This document shows positions 48,268 to 57,238 of a stretch of DNA of 64,000 bases, piece after piece. Each line of letters begins with the position of its first letter. The stretch's first letter is position 1. The stretch is from a virus. The position numbers and the translations under genes are program-made. The stretch is taken from positions 1 through 64,000 of the IMG/VR virus record IMGVR_UViG_3300010158_000051; one strand, given 5' to 3'. The notes under the pieces were generated by a model. That model was not told the DNA's origin. It made no database searches and saw only the letters and a program-made list of their open reading frames with translations.

Positions 48268-48896
48268 TGAATAGCAAACAATTTTTTAATGAAGTTGTTA
48301 GCATGATCAAAGCTATTGGTACTTCATCTTCGGCTAACGAGGAACGAGATGAAAGATCAGTTGAAAACTATGTTAGAGGAAATGCTAACACAAATACAAA
48401 TTCAAGTATAGGAGGTAGTATAGTGTCAAACACAACAGAACCAGATCCACAAGGAGATATTGCGGTAACAAAGTCTTTTTCAAACGCAACAGGTGGTCCA
48501 CTGATTAATCAGGAAACTCGTCCAACAGACGGAGTTGCAGTGGCATCAGCACCAAATAATGATGGAGTTGTTCCAAACAACGCAACATTTGATAGCTCAG
48601 CAACTTCAGCTATTGCTCCAACATCTGCACAGATGGCAGAAGCAACAGAAGAAACAATTTCAAAGGCTGCAACTTGCAAGGAATGCGGACAAGCACTTCC
48701 AGTAGCAAAAGCAGATGAAATTGCAAAAGCAGCAACATGCCAAGATTGCGGAAAGTCAATGGATTTGTGCGATTGCATGGGCAAAGCAGTAGATGAAAAA
48801 GAATCTGCAGCGGAAGCAGCAAAAGAAACTCCAGAAGATGAAAAGGCGGAAATGAAGAAGTCCCTATGGGGCGGAGCATTTGCACCACGTAAGTAA
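48267..48896 (+). CDS. Scaffold-like disordered protein with repeated [IVM]-x-K-[AS] sites and CxxCG mini-motifs
   Basis: MIKA, VTKS, ISKA, VAKA, IAKA, MGKA and MKKS; ends KSLWGGAFAPRK. Confidence 0.6.
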   Translation: MNSKQFFNEVVSMIKAIGTSSSANEERDERSVENYVRGNANTNTNSSIGGSIVSNTTEPDPQGDIAVTKSFSNATGGPLINQETRPTDGVAVASAPNNDGVVPNNATFDSSATSAIAPTSAQMAEATEETISKAATCKECGQALPVAKADEIAKAATCQDCGKSMDLCDCMGKAVDEKESAAEAAKETPEDEKAEMKKSLWGGAFAPRK

Positions 48897-48918
48897 TTAA
48901 TTATATATACGTATATAT

Positions 48919-48955
48919 ATGAACAAGGACGGTAACCCCGTCCTTGTTCATTTCA
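48919..48955 (+). terminator. Strong hairpin/terminator
   Basis: 14-bp stem ATGAACAAGGACGG/CCGTCCTTGTTCAT. Confidence 0.65.
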
Positions 48956-48966
48956 GAAAGGAAAAA

Positions 48967-49335
48967 ATGAGAGTAATAGTTTTTGGAAGCAAAGATTGGT
49001 CAGATTACAATGATCTAATCCGTCAACTTACAGTATTGATTGATGACCGTAAACATTTCTATCCTGAAGATACAGAGTACACTTTTGTTCACACAGGTAT
49101 GCGGGGTGCAGAAAATATGGTTACAGAATACATTGGTAAGACAGAAAAGTTTCTCAGACAAAAAGGTTATAAGATCAAAGAAGAAATAATCAAAGATAAA
49201 TCTGGTTTAGCAGATCATTCTTTAATTGAAGCTATGCCTGATTTTGCCCTTGTTTTTGGAGACTCACCTAGAAATAGGTCATGTGTAAAATTGTTAGAAG
49301 CATATGCAGTTCCACACAGATATATTAAAAAATAA
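48967..49335 (+). CDS. SLOG/YspA-like (DUF2493-like) protein
   Basis: MRVIVFGSKDWSD...VHTG.RGAE...PDFALVF. Confidence 0.6.
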   Translation: MRVIVFGSKDWSDYNDLIRQLTVLIDDRKHFYPEDTEYTFVHTGMRGAENMVTEYIGKTEKFLRQKGYKIKEEIIKDKSGLADHSLIEAMPDFALVFGDSPRNRSCVKLLEAYAVPHRYIKK

Positions 49336-49401
49336 GCTTGACACAAGCGTGTATAAACTGATACAATAGATTAACACTATACTTACTATTAAAGGAATAA
49401 A

Positions 49402-49707
49402 ATGACAGATATTGAACCATTTGGAAGCTTGCTTTTGATTGAAGAAATTGAGCAGGCAGATAGAAAGACAGCCTCTGGACTTGTATTATCCGCATCAGTT
49501 CTTGATAGCGAATTAAAGCGTGGAAAAGTAATTGCTGTTGGTACAGGTGATTACGATAACGCAGGGAACAAACACGAAATACCCTTGACATTCGGGGATG
49601 TAGTAATATATAATGAAGGTAACGCCACTGAAGTAACAGATGCTTCAGGAAGTAAATACTACTTTATTAACTGGCGACATTTATTTGGAAAAGAAGGTAA
49701 TATCTAA
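49402..49707 (+). CDS. groES: GroES-like co-chaperonin
   Basis: KTASGLVL, GKVIAVGTG and GDVVIY motifs. Confidence 0.88.
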   Translation: MTDIEPFGSLLLIEEIEQADRKTASGLVLSASVLDSELKRGKVIAVGTGDYDNAGNKHEIPLTFGDVVIYNEGNATEVTDASGSKYYFINWRHLFGKEGNI

Positions 49708-49937
49708 TGACAAAGATTGTATTAAATTATGATAAAGCACATAGTTTTGTAAACAAGAATAAGAAGAATGGCTTCTTCTGGGATGGTTACACCATTGTAA
49801 AATGGACACCAGGCTCCAACGGTTACATGCAAAAAAATGGCATGTTTCGAAATAATCAATGGGGTTATTCCTCACGATATGAAGTCACTTCCTCTGGCAC
49901 ATGGGAATTAAACGACAAATATGCCAGATTTATTTAG
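49707..49937 (+). CDS. Hypothetical protein
   Basis: Coupled ORF. Confidence 0.55.
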   Translation: MTKIVLNYDKAHSFVNKNKKNGFFWDGYTIVKWTPGSNGYMQKNGMFRNNQWGYSSRYEVTSSGTWELNDKYARFI

Positions 49938-50247
49938 TCAATTAGGTTTAGATGAGCAAGATGTTAAGTGGTATCACTTAGCAGCATGCAAAGGTATGCC
50001 AATTGATTGGTTCTACGATAATTATGAAGCAGATAAAGAATTAGCTAAACAAGCTGATCAAGTATGTTTACATTGTCCTGTAATTAAAATGTGTCACGCA
50101 CAAGGCGTGATTAACAAAGAAAAAGGAGTTTGGGGCGGGGTCTACATGGACCTTGGAAGACCAGACAAACAACATAATTCACATAAAGATCCTGAGATAT
50201 GGAAGCAGTTAAAAAAGGCACATGGTAAAAATATCGTACACGGTTGA
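49921..50247 (+). CDS. whiB: WhiB-family Fe-S transcription factor
   Basis: W...AACKG...C..CPV...C...GVWGG. Confidence 0.92.
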   Translation: MPDLFSQLGLDEQDVKWYHLAACKGMPIDWFYDNYEADKELAKQADQVCLHCPVIKMCHAQGVINKEKGVWGGVYMDLGRPDKQHNSHKDPEIWKQLKKAHGKNIVHG

Positions 50248-50500
50248 TATGGCAAAAAAAATAAGGGATGTTAAAGTTCCTGTCAAAGGCCTTATCCTAG
50301 ATGTTAGAGCAAGACCAAACTATCTTGCTTTAACTGTGTATGAAAGCAATATCATGGAATATAACGAAAGTCAACGAATGCAACTGATGGAGTATTTGTT
50401 AATGATTAGAAATCTTATCATGTCTTATGGAACACCATGTGAAATAGAGGGGATGAAATATACTGATGAGCAAGCAAGAAAACAACGAAGAGCTACCTGA
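50222..50500 (+). CDS. Hypothetical protein
   Basis: Coupled ORF. Confidence 0.55.
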   Translation: MVKISYTVDMAKKIRDVKVPVKGLILDVRARPNYLALTVYESNIMEYNESQRMQLMEYLLMIRNLIMSYGTPCEIEGMKYTDEQARKQRRAT

Positions 50501-50717
50501 TTTAACTGTTACATATGTCTACATTCCAGATGAGGACATATATGGAACTCTTATCGCCCAAAATAGTTACTATTCTATAGTAGAATATTTTGATAATGGT
50601 GTAGGTTATCGAATTGAAGTTGACAATGAAGATTTTTTTGTTGTTGATGAATTTGGAATAAGTTACATTGAAGAAACTGAAGACTACGAAGATGAAGAAA
50701 TGGAAGAAGATTTATAA
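50466..50717 (+). CDS. Acidic hypothetical protein
   Basis: Coupled ORF. Confidence 0.55.
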   Translation: MSKQENNEELPDLTVTYVYIPDEDIYGTLIAQNSYYSIVEYFDNGVGYRIEVDNEDFFVVDEFGISYIEETEDYEDEEMEEDL

Positions 50718-50947
50718 TGCAATGTTTTAGTTGCGGAAAGCCAAAAAACGAGCTTCACCCTAAAAAGTCCGATATAATTAATGGAGTGACACTATTAATG
50801 TGTCAAACCTGCATAGATGCTAAATTTGAGCCTAGATGGGTTATTATTCTGAGTGGTAGGCAGAATGGCGTAGATTCAGTAAAAGATTATATTGTTAAGC
50901 GACGTTATATAGGCAGAATTATTGATGCCGAAGAATTGATCGCTTAG
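50717..50947 (+). CDS. Zinc-finger protein
   Basis: CFSCG...CQTC. Confidence 0.6.
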   Translation: MQCFSCGKPKNELHPKKSDIINGVTLLMCQTCIDAKFEPRWVIILSGRQNGVDSVKDYIVKRRYIGRIIDAEELIA

Positions 50948-50960
50948 AAAAGAGGGTAGT

Positions 50961-51269
50961 ATGCTAAAAATTAGCAATGACATGGAAGAAATTATTAATC
51001 AGGACAACGCTGTTGTTTATTTTAGTGCTGAATGGTGCGGACCATGTAAGCAATTAAAACCACAATATGCTAAAGCTGCGGTAATTGATGCAGACACTAT
51101 GTATTATGTAGTAGATGTAGATAAGGTAGGATCAGAGTATTTAAATCAGTATGGTATTCAAAGTATTCCCCAAATTTTTGAAATGAATAAGGGATTAATT
51201 AACAAAAAAATTATAGGAAAAACGTCAGATGCTATTCTGGCAGAAATGGGTAAAACAAATGCAGCGTAA
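50961..51269 (+). CDS. trxA: Thioredoxin
   Basis: WCGPC active site and IQSIP cis-Pro loop. Confidence 0.93.
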   Translation: MLKISNDMEEIINQDNAVVYFSAEWCGPCKQLKPQYAKAAVIDADTMYYVVDVDKVGSEYLNQYGIQSIPQIFEMNKGLINKKIIGKTSDAILAEMGKTNAA

Positions 51270-51804
51270 TAAGTTAATGATTGCTATTGCTTTAGGACTT
51301 ACTATGGTAAGTACATCAGCGATTGCAGCAACTACAGCAAAGAAACCAGATTGGGTTGTTCAGGATAAGAAGGTAACTCCAGGAGCATTGAATCCTTCAG
51401 TTACACAATCAAATATTGCTACAACAGTTTGTAAGTCTGGATGGACAGCAACAATTCGTCCAACAGTAACGTACACAAACAAGCTTAAAGATACACAACT
51501 TAAGACAACCTATAAGTCTTATGTTGCTATTTGGGGTGCAACTTCAGGAGGATATGAAGAAGATCATTTAATCTCACTTCAACTTGGCGGAGATCCATCA
51601 AGCGAAAAGAACCTTTGGCCTCAACCATATGCTGACAATGGTGCACGTAAAAAAGACGTTGTAGAGACTGCTCTAAAGCGTTTGGTATGTGCAGGTACAC
51701 TTAAGTTGGCTGATGCTCAAAAGGCTATCTTAGATTGGCCTACAGCCTATAAAAAGTATGTTACAGCAGCAGATGCTGCAAAACCAGACACATCAGATAA
51801 CTAA
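51259..51804 (+). CDS. Secreted HNH-like nuclease-fold protein
   Basis: Signal peptide MQRNKLMIAIALGLTMVSTSAIA; EEDHLISLQLGG....NLWPQ motif. Confidence 0.7.
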   Translation: MQRNKLMIAIALGLTMVSTSAIAATTAKKPDWVVQDKKVTPGALNPSVTQSNIATTVCKSGWTATIRPTVTYTNKLKDTQLKTTYKSYVAIWGATSGGYEEDHLISLQLGGDPSSEKNLWPQPYADNGARKKDVVETALKRLVCAGTLKLADAQKAILDWPTAYKKYVTAADAAKPDTSDN

Positions 51805-51818
51805 TTAAAGGGATAGAA

Positions 51819-52364
51819 ATGACAACTATTGTTGGATTGTGTAAAAATGGAACCGTAACACTTGGGGCAGACTCACAAGTTACAGATGATGACAGACGAC
51901 ATAATAGTTTAATCATGGAAAAAATTACTAAAAATAATGGATATTTAATTGCAGGTAGTGGAGATTCTACTCCTTGCGATATTCTTCAACACATATTTAA
52001 ACCTCCAGTTCCTACTGTTGCTGAAAGAAAGAATATGTACAAATTTATGATTACTAAATTTGTACCAGCAATGCGAGAAGCTTTGGAAGAAAATGGTTGG
52101 AAACCAACACCTAATGACGATTCAGGATTTAGTATGCTTATAGCCTTTGATGGAGAGCTATTTGACATAGGTGATGACTTTAGTGTATTATTGAATGATA
52201 CGGGCATATATGGGGTCGGGAACGGCTCAAAATATGCCATAGGAGCATTATCAGTAGGGGCATCTGTAGAAAAAGCTTTAGAGGTTGCCGCAGATAATGA
52301 TATTTATACATCTGGACCATTTCAGATTGTAAAGCAAACCAAGAAGATAAATAAGAATTCGTAA
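51819..52364 (+). CDS. HslV/proteasome-beta-like Ntn protease
   Basis: N-terminal MTTIVG, ADSQ, GNGSKYAIGAL and DIYTSGP motifs. Confidence 0.85.
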   Translation: MTTIVGLCKNGTVTLGADSQVTDDDRRHNSLIMEKITKNNGYLIAGSGDSTPCDILQHIFKPPVPTVAERKNMYKFMITKFVPAMREALEENGWKPTPNDDSGFSMLIAFDGELFDIGDDFSVLLNDTGIYGVGNGSKYAIGALSVGASVEKALEVAADNDIYTSGPFQIVKQTKKINKNS

Positions 52365-52419
52365 CACCCGTTACGATAATCCTGATCAGGGATAAAATAA
52401 ACTAAACTATAGGAGAAAA

Positions 52420-53433
52420 ATGAACACGTTCAAGAAGATCAGTGCAGTCGTTGCTACAGTAGTAGCATTCGGTGCACTTTCAACACTTCCAGCAAACGCA
52501 GCAGTATCAACAACACTAACAGTTGGCGGATCAGCAGCAGCGACAACTGGAGCAACTTCAGCAACAGCAATTGCACTACCAGTTCCAGCAGATAATTCTG
52601 TTGATTCAGCAGATGCACTTAAAATTGCAGTTACAGGACTTGATACAGGTACAACAGTATCTGCAGTCGCATCAAACGCAACAATCGTACCAGCACTTGC
52701 AACAGTAGCAACACCTGTTACTGCAGCATCAGGTTCGGCATCACTTTCTGTTTCAACAGGAACAGGAACAACAGCAGAATTTTTTGTTTACACAAAGACT
52801 TCAGCAGTTGGCTCAGTGTCAGTGACTATCGCTGGAAACACAACAGTATATTATGTACAAGGTACCGCAGGTGCTTTGAACTCTATTACTCTTACAGCTC
52901 CTGCAACAGCAGCAGCAGGTACAACACAGAAGATCACAGTTGCAGGATACGATGTATTCGGTAACGCAAAGTCTGGTGCAACAATCAATACTTTGGTTAC
53001 AAAGGATGGAGCAGCAACTGCTACAGCCCTTACAACTGATACAGCAACAGCAACAATTGGAACAAAGACACAAGATATCGTTCTTCCAGCATCAGGTTCA
53101 GTAAGCATTACTGCTTATGCAACAGTTGCTGCAGCGGTTACAGGTCTTTCAACACCAGTTGGCTCAGTAGTTACAACAATTTCAGTTCGTGACCTTGCTG
53201 GAGAATTGGCATCAATTACAGCACAGCTTGCAGCAGAAAAGGCTGGACGTGCAGCAGATAAGGTAGCAGCAGATAAGGCACTTGCAGATGCAAAGGCAAC
53301 TGCAGCAACTGCAGCAACAACTGCATCAGCAGCAGCAGATCTTGCAACAGCAACATATAAGGCAGAGTACAATGCTCTTGCTACAAAGTGGAACAAGGCT
53401 CATCCAAAGGCTAAGGTTGCACTAAAGAAGTAA
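52420..53433 (+). CDS. Secreted Ala/Thr-rich surface (S-layer-like) protein
   Basis: Signal peptide ending ANA; Ig-like beta body; Ala-rich coiled coil and basic tail; strong RBS and own terminator. Confidence 0.65.
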   Translation: MNTFKKISAVVATVVAFGALSTLPANAAVSTTLTVGGSAAATTGATSATAIALPVPADNSVDSADALKIAVTGLDTGTTVSAVASNATIVPALATVATPVTAASGSASLSVSTGTGTTAEFFVYTKTSAVGSVSVTIAGNTTVYYVQGTAGALNSITLTAPATAAAGTTQKITVAGYDVFGNAKSGATINTLVTKDGAATATALTTDTATATIGTKTQDIVLPASGSVSITAYATVAAAVTGLSTPVGSVVTTISVRDLAGELASITAQLAAEKAGRAADKVAADKALADAKATAATAATTASAAADLATATYKAEYNALATKWNKAHPKAKVALKK

Positions 53434-53446
53434 TCAAGCTCACCTT

Positions 53447-53479
53447 GGGGGACGGGAATTTAATTGTCCCGTCCTCTTT
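53447..53479 (+). terminator. Intrinsic terminator
   Basis: GGGGGACGGGA...TCCCGTCCTCTTT. Confidence 0.65.
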
Positions 53480-53499
53480 GGTTTAATAAAGGAGATATT

Positions 53500-53736
53500 A
53501 TGGCTGACATTCCATTGTCAATGAATGAACTAGAAGATATTGCAACAGAAGTAGCAAGAGAATTGTTAGAACAATGGGCAATTGATGATAGATTTACAGA
53601 AGAGCAAGAACTTGAAGCAGCACAAAATGCAGCAAGTGATGCCATATTTGTTATTAACAGATTTATGGAAGCTTTTAATGATCATATGATGATTAAAGCA
53701 GAGCAAGTACCAACAAAGTTAGTACTACCAGAATAA
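53500..53736 (+). CDS. Acidic hypothetical protein
   Basis: AAGGAG RBS before the ATG at 53500. Confidence 0.6.
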   Translation: MADIPLSMNELEDIATEVARELLEQWAIDDRFTEEQELEAAQNAASDAIFVINRFMEAFNDHMMIKAEQVPTKLVLPE

Positions 53737-53750
53737 TTATTTAACAATAG

Positions 53751-53790
53751 AAAAGAGCTATAGCATAAACGCTATAGCCCTTCTTTATTT
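53751..53790. terminator. Bidirectional terminator between convergent genes
   Basis: A-tract, GCTATAGC/GCTATAGC stem, T-tract. Confidence 0.65.
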
Positions 53791-53794
53791 CTAT

Positions 53795-54091
53795 TTACTT
53801 CTTTGCTTTTGCTCTGCGTGTTTCAACTTCAACATCTGCAACAGATGGTTCTGCTGCATCAATTGTTGAGAATGCAGAATTAATTTCATCTGCAGTTAGC
53901 TTTCCGTCGTCCATAAATGCACGAGCTAGCTTTTCAATTACCGCTGCTACTGCTGTAAGTCCAGCTACAGTGATTGCTTTTGCTGTAGAGATACCTGCAA
54001 TTGCTCCAGCACCAATAACAGCAAGGCCATTTGCAGCAAATACTGCAACAATACGCATTAGTATATTTTTAATATTTTTTACGCCGTTCAT
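53795..54091 (-). CDS. Membrane protein with an EF-hand-like DDGKLTADE motif
   Basis: Two hydrophobic helices; DDGKLTADEIN. Confidence 0.65.
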   Translation of the reverse strand: MNGVKNIKNILMRIVAVFAANGLAVIGAGAIAGISTAKAITVAGLTAVAAVIEKLARAFMDDGKLTADEINSAFSTIDAAEPSVADVEVETRRAKAKK

Positions 54092-54092
54092 G

Positions 54093-54278
54093 TTATTCTC
54101 CTTCCTTTGGGTTACGTAATCTTAGTGTGATGATCCATAGAACAAAAGACACTAAAGTTACTTTTCCAATTACTGTTTTAGCAGATCCAGTGAGAACCAA
54201 CCATGCTGAAAATAATCCAACAAATGTCCAAATCTCACTGAAAAAATCTGCAGATATATCTTTAAAGAATTGCTTCAT
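54093..54278 (-). CDS. Small two-TM membrane protein
   Basis: Hydrophobic and translationally coupled to the upstream gene. Confidence 0.65.
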   Translation of the reverse strand: MKQFFKDISADFFSEIWTFVGLFSAWLVLTGSAKTVIGKVTLVSFVLWIITLRLRNPKEGE

Positions 54279-56011
54279 TATCCGAACCTCCTTCTAACGG
54301 CAGCGACCACTACAGTCAATACCAGTATTTTTTTAGCTTTTTTTCTTGTTATAGGCGACATATCGTTTCCAATATTAGCCATTGCTGTGTAGGCTGCACC
54401 TACTGCTTGCACTGCTTGCCCAGCTCCTGGGATAGCATTAAGTGCTGCAGGTAAGAACGTACATTGTGAAATCGGATGTTCTTCTCCGTTTACATCTAAA
54501 TGTATTTCTTTGCCATCTTTTGTGATTGTTTCGCAGACATACGTCATTAATACAGGCACAGCAATATCAGGGGCATTAAATGTTGTACCGCCAGGTTGAC
54601 CAATAAATGTAGCAGTGGTTGTAATTGCATCTGCAGGAATAGGAAGACCTGATCCTGGAGGTGGGGCGGGAGGAGTAAGTTTGCCATTTTCTCCTACTAC
54701 TTGAGGTGCAGACTTAGTACCAAAAAATTCAATACCACCATTTTCTACACCTGCTTTATCTACTTGTATATGTGCTACCAATACTTCTTTAGGTGCTTCT
54801 TTAACTACAGTATCTAAAAGTTGATCTGGATTATTAGGTTTTAAACCAGTTTGCTCTTCAATTTTTTTATCTTCTTCTGCTTGAATTGCTTTTTCTTCTG
54901 CAATCTTTGCATCTTGTTCTGCCTTAGCATCTATTACTTGTTGTTCTTTATCTGCTTTTTCTTGAGCAATTCTATCTTCTTCAGCTTGTTGTTTATCAAC
55001 TTCTGCTTGAGCATTTGCTTCTTCTTGTGCAATACGATCAGCTTCATCTTGTGCCATTTGTTCTTCTAAAATTTTATTAGCTTCTTCTTGTGCAGCCGCT
55101 TTAGCTTCTGCAGCAATCTTATCGGTTTCAGCTTTTGCATTTATCTCTGCTTGTATTCTTGCTTCTTCTGCCGCAATTGCTGCAGCATTTTCTGCTTCTT
55201 TTGCAGCAAGCTCCGCTGCTATTTTATCCGCTTCCGCTTTTGCTGCTGCCGCTTCTGCAATTTTATTTGCTTCGGCTTGCGCTGCTGCTGCTTGTTGTGC
55301 AATTAATGCTGCTGCTTCTGCTTGTATTCTTGCCGCTTCTGCTTGTTGAGCAGATAACTGGGCTGCTACTTGTGCCGCAATTTCAGCTGCCGTTGGTCCA
55401 GATGGCTCTATTGCAACTGGTGTAGGTGGTGGTGTTTGAGTTGCAACTGGTGTGGGTGTAGGCGTTGGTGTAGGTGTAGGCGTTGGTGTGGGTGTAGGCG
55501 TTGGTGTGGGTGTAGGCGTTGGTGTGGGCGTTGGTGTGGGTGTTGTTACGGTTGCAGTCTCACTTGGAGTAGGTGTTGGAGAGGGTGTAGGTGTAGGAGC
55601 AACGGTAGAAATATTTGCAATATTTGATGCTGAAGAATAAGCATGAAGTGTATCATTGTCAGATCTAATACTAAATGACCATACTGTTCCTGCAGGACAA
55701 ATGCTATCTAAAAAAGATTTAGGAAGTGTCATTGTTGTTTTTAGGGCAGATGCGTCTCCACCATTTCCTGTTGCAATTCCGTAACCACCGCCACCTCCGC
55801 TAAACATAATAGCGTATCTTTCTGGTTGAACTGTTGCTGTGCCAGATTCTGGTGCATTCCATGTAAGAGTAAATGAAGTATTAGTTTCTGTAATAGTTAA
55901 ATTAGTTGGTGCTCCGATAGATTGACCATCAGCTTGGGCGGGAGCCATAAACATCCATCCCATTGATAATAGACTAACTAAGAATATATGAAATTTAATC
56001 TTTCTGGTCAT
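54278..56011 (-). CDS. Membrane-anchored surface protein: signal peptide, Fn3, (TP)n linker, Ala/Glu coiled coil, C-terminal TM
   Basis: APTNLT...TLTWNAP; PT repeats; AAEA-type helix; ILVLTVVVAAVRRRFG; start MTRK after GGGGG RBS. Confidence 0.75.
   Translation of the reverse strand: MTRKIKFHIFLVSLLSMGWMFMAPAQADGQSIGAPTNLTITETNTSFTLTWNAPESGTATVQPERYAIMFSGGGGGYGIATGNGGDASALKTTMTLPKSFLDSICPAGTVWSFSIRSDNDTLHAYSSASNIANISTVAPTPTPSPTPTPSETATVTTPTPTPTPTPTPTPTPTPTPTPTPTPTPTPTPVATQTPPPTPVAIEPSGPTAAEIAAQVAAQLSAQQAEAARIQAEAAALIAQQAAAAQAEANKIAEAAAAKAEADKIAAELAAKEAENAAAIAAEEARIQAEINAKAETDKIAAEAKAAAQEEANKILEEQMAQDEADRIAQEEANAQAEVDKQQAEEDRIAQEKADKEQQVIDAKAEQDAKIAEEKAIQAEEDKKIEEQTGLKPNNPDQLLDTVVKEAPKEVLVAHIQVDKAGVENGGIEFFGTKSAPQVVGENGKLTPPAPPPGSGLPIPADAITTTATFIGQPGGTTFNAPDIAVPVLMTYVCETITKDGKEIHLDVNGEEHPISQCTFLPAALNAIPGAGQAVQAVGAAYTAMANIGNDMSPITRKKAKKILVLTVVVAAVRRRFG
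55422..55598 (-). repeat. Pro-Thr coding tandem repeat (6-bp units, 18-bp higher-order unit GGCGTTGGTGTGGGTGTA on +)
   Basis: Directly visible tandem array. Confidence 0.9.
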
Positions 56012-56080
56012 TTTGACCCCCAAATAAAGCATATTTAACTATTTAATTATAACATTTGTGTTGACAAAAACATAAGTTGG

Positions 56081-56407
56081 ATGGTACACTTAAGCGTGGA
56101 CATTAAAGCAGCCGAAGAATATATTATAGAAACAACAGATGTTGATCTTAAAATTGAAAACAAAACAGAAAATAAACCCCCATGTCCTTGTAGCACTTGT
56201 GCTAAATCAAGACAATGGGAGCGGGATCAAATTATAGATGCACTCTTAACGCACAAACGTGAGTATCTTGTATACAGAGGCTCATCATTTGATGCAGATG
56301 GAAACTTGTATTTTGCTAAAGATGATGCCTTAGCTTATTCAGAAGGTATTGATGCCGTAATAAAATTTATTGAAGATAGGAAACCTAAAGTTGCCAAAAG
56401 AAAATAA
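56081..56407 (+). CDS. Hypothetical protein
   Basis: CPCSTC motif; the true start may be the GTG at 56096 given TTGACA at 56061. Confidence 0.5.
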   Translation: MVHLSVDIKAAEEYIIETTDVDLKIENKTENKPPCPCSTCAKSRQWERDQIIDALLTHKREYLVYRGSSFDADGNLYFAKDDALAYSEGIDAVIKFIEDRKPKVAKRK

Positions 56408-56556
56408 CGATATTGATTGGATCAAACACGAACATCCTAATTGGTTTAAACGTACATATAGCAACATTATGGGAAAAATTTCACATATATTTCTTATTCA
56501 ATATTTAAAATGGGGAACTACATTTGAGTGGAGCATGGAAGAGGACATAGATAAAG

Positions 56557-56733
56557 ATGAGTACTGAATCTGGTTTTGATGCATACATCAAACGAATTAT
56601 GGACGAGAATAAAGAAATTCTTGAAGCCCTTGGATCAGATTTTGATGAAGAAGGAATTCCTTATTGGGAAAAATGGGGCAAGGGTAAAGAAACTAGATTT
56701 GATGCTGAATACCCTATTGACAAGACACAATAG
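56557..56733 (+). CDS. 58-aa hypothetical protein missing from the ORF track (MSTESGFDAYIKRIMDENKEILEALGSD...)
   Basis: GAGGA RBS; fills the gap. Confidence 0.55.
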   Translation: MSTESGFDAYIKRIMDENKEILEALGSDFDEEGIPYWEKWGKGKETRFDAEYPIDKTQ

Positions 56734-56752
56734 TAAATGGTAGACTAAGGTC

Positions 56753-57238
56753 ATGCAAACATTCCTTCCTTATGGTGATTATGAAGCCTCAGCTCAAACA
56801 CTAGATAATAAAAGATTAAATAAACAAATACTTGAAGGATATCAAATTCTTAAAGTATTATCTAACGCTTCGCCTTCAGGTGCTTGGCGTAATCATCCTG
56901 CAGTACTAATGTGGAAAGGCTCAGAGAAAGAACTTCTTGCCTACCTTGATCACATGATTTATGAAGCTAATTGGCGGGGTATCAAGACAGATAAAAATGC
57001 AGCTAACATTAAAGAACTTAAAAGACAATATGGTAATCAATGGGGTGAAAACATTCCATCTTGGATGGAGGATGTAGAAAAACTTAGACGTGTAACTACT
57101 ACTCATCAAGTTAATCTATTTAATAAAGATTCAATAGCGTATGCTGGATTTAAACAATCTTTGAACAGTTCATATAATCAACCATGTTGCCCAAAATGTC
57201 TATACTTTTGGCCTACTCATCCATTAAAGAAAAAATAA
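56753..57238 (+). CDS. Pyrimidine-dimer DNA glycosylase/endonuclease V-like (MSMEG_6728-like)
   Basis: MQTFLPY...LDNKRLNKQILE..QIL...W.NHPAVLMW.G...YFWP; promoter TTGACA(56717)-18 nt-TAGACT. Confidence 0.85.
   Translation: MQTFLPYGDYEASAQTLDNKRLNKQILEGYQILKVLSNASPSGAWRNHPAVLMWKGSEKELLAYLDHMIYEANWRGIKTDKNAANIKELKRQYGNQWGENIPSWMEDVEKLRRVTTTHQVNLFNKDSIAYAGFKQSLNSSYNQPCCPKCLYFWPTHPLKKK

Noticed and set aside
48902-48919. Perfect palindrome TATATATACGTATATATA as an operator
   Set aside because: Low-complexity TA repeat seen once; not distinguishable from chance.
54851-55640. Plus-strand Cys/Phe-, Leu- and GV-repeat ORFs
   Set aside because: These are antisense shadows of the Ala/Glu- and Pro-Thr-rich minus-strand gene.
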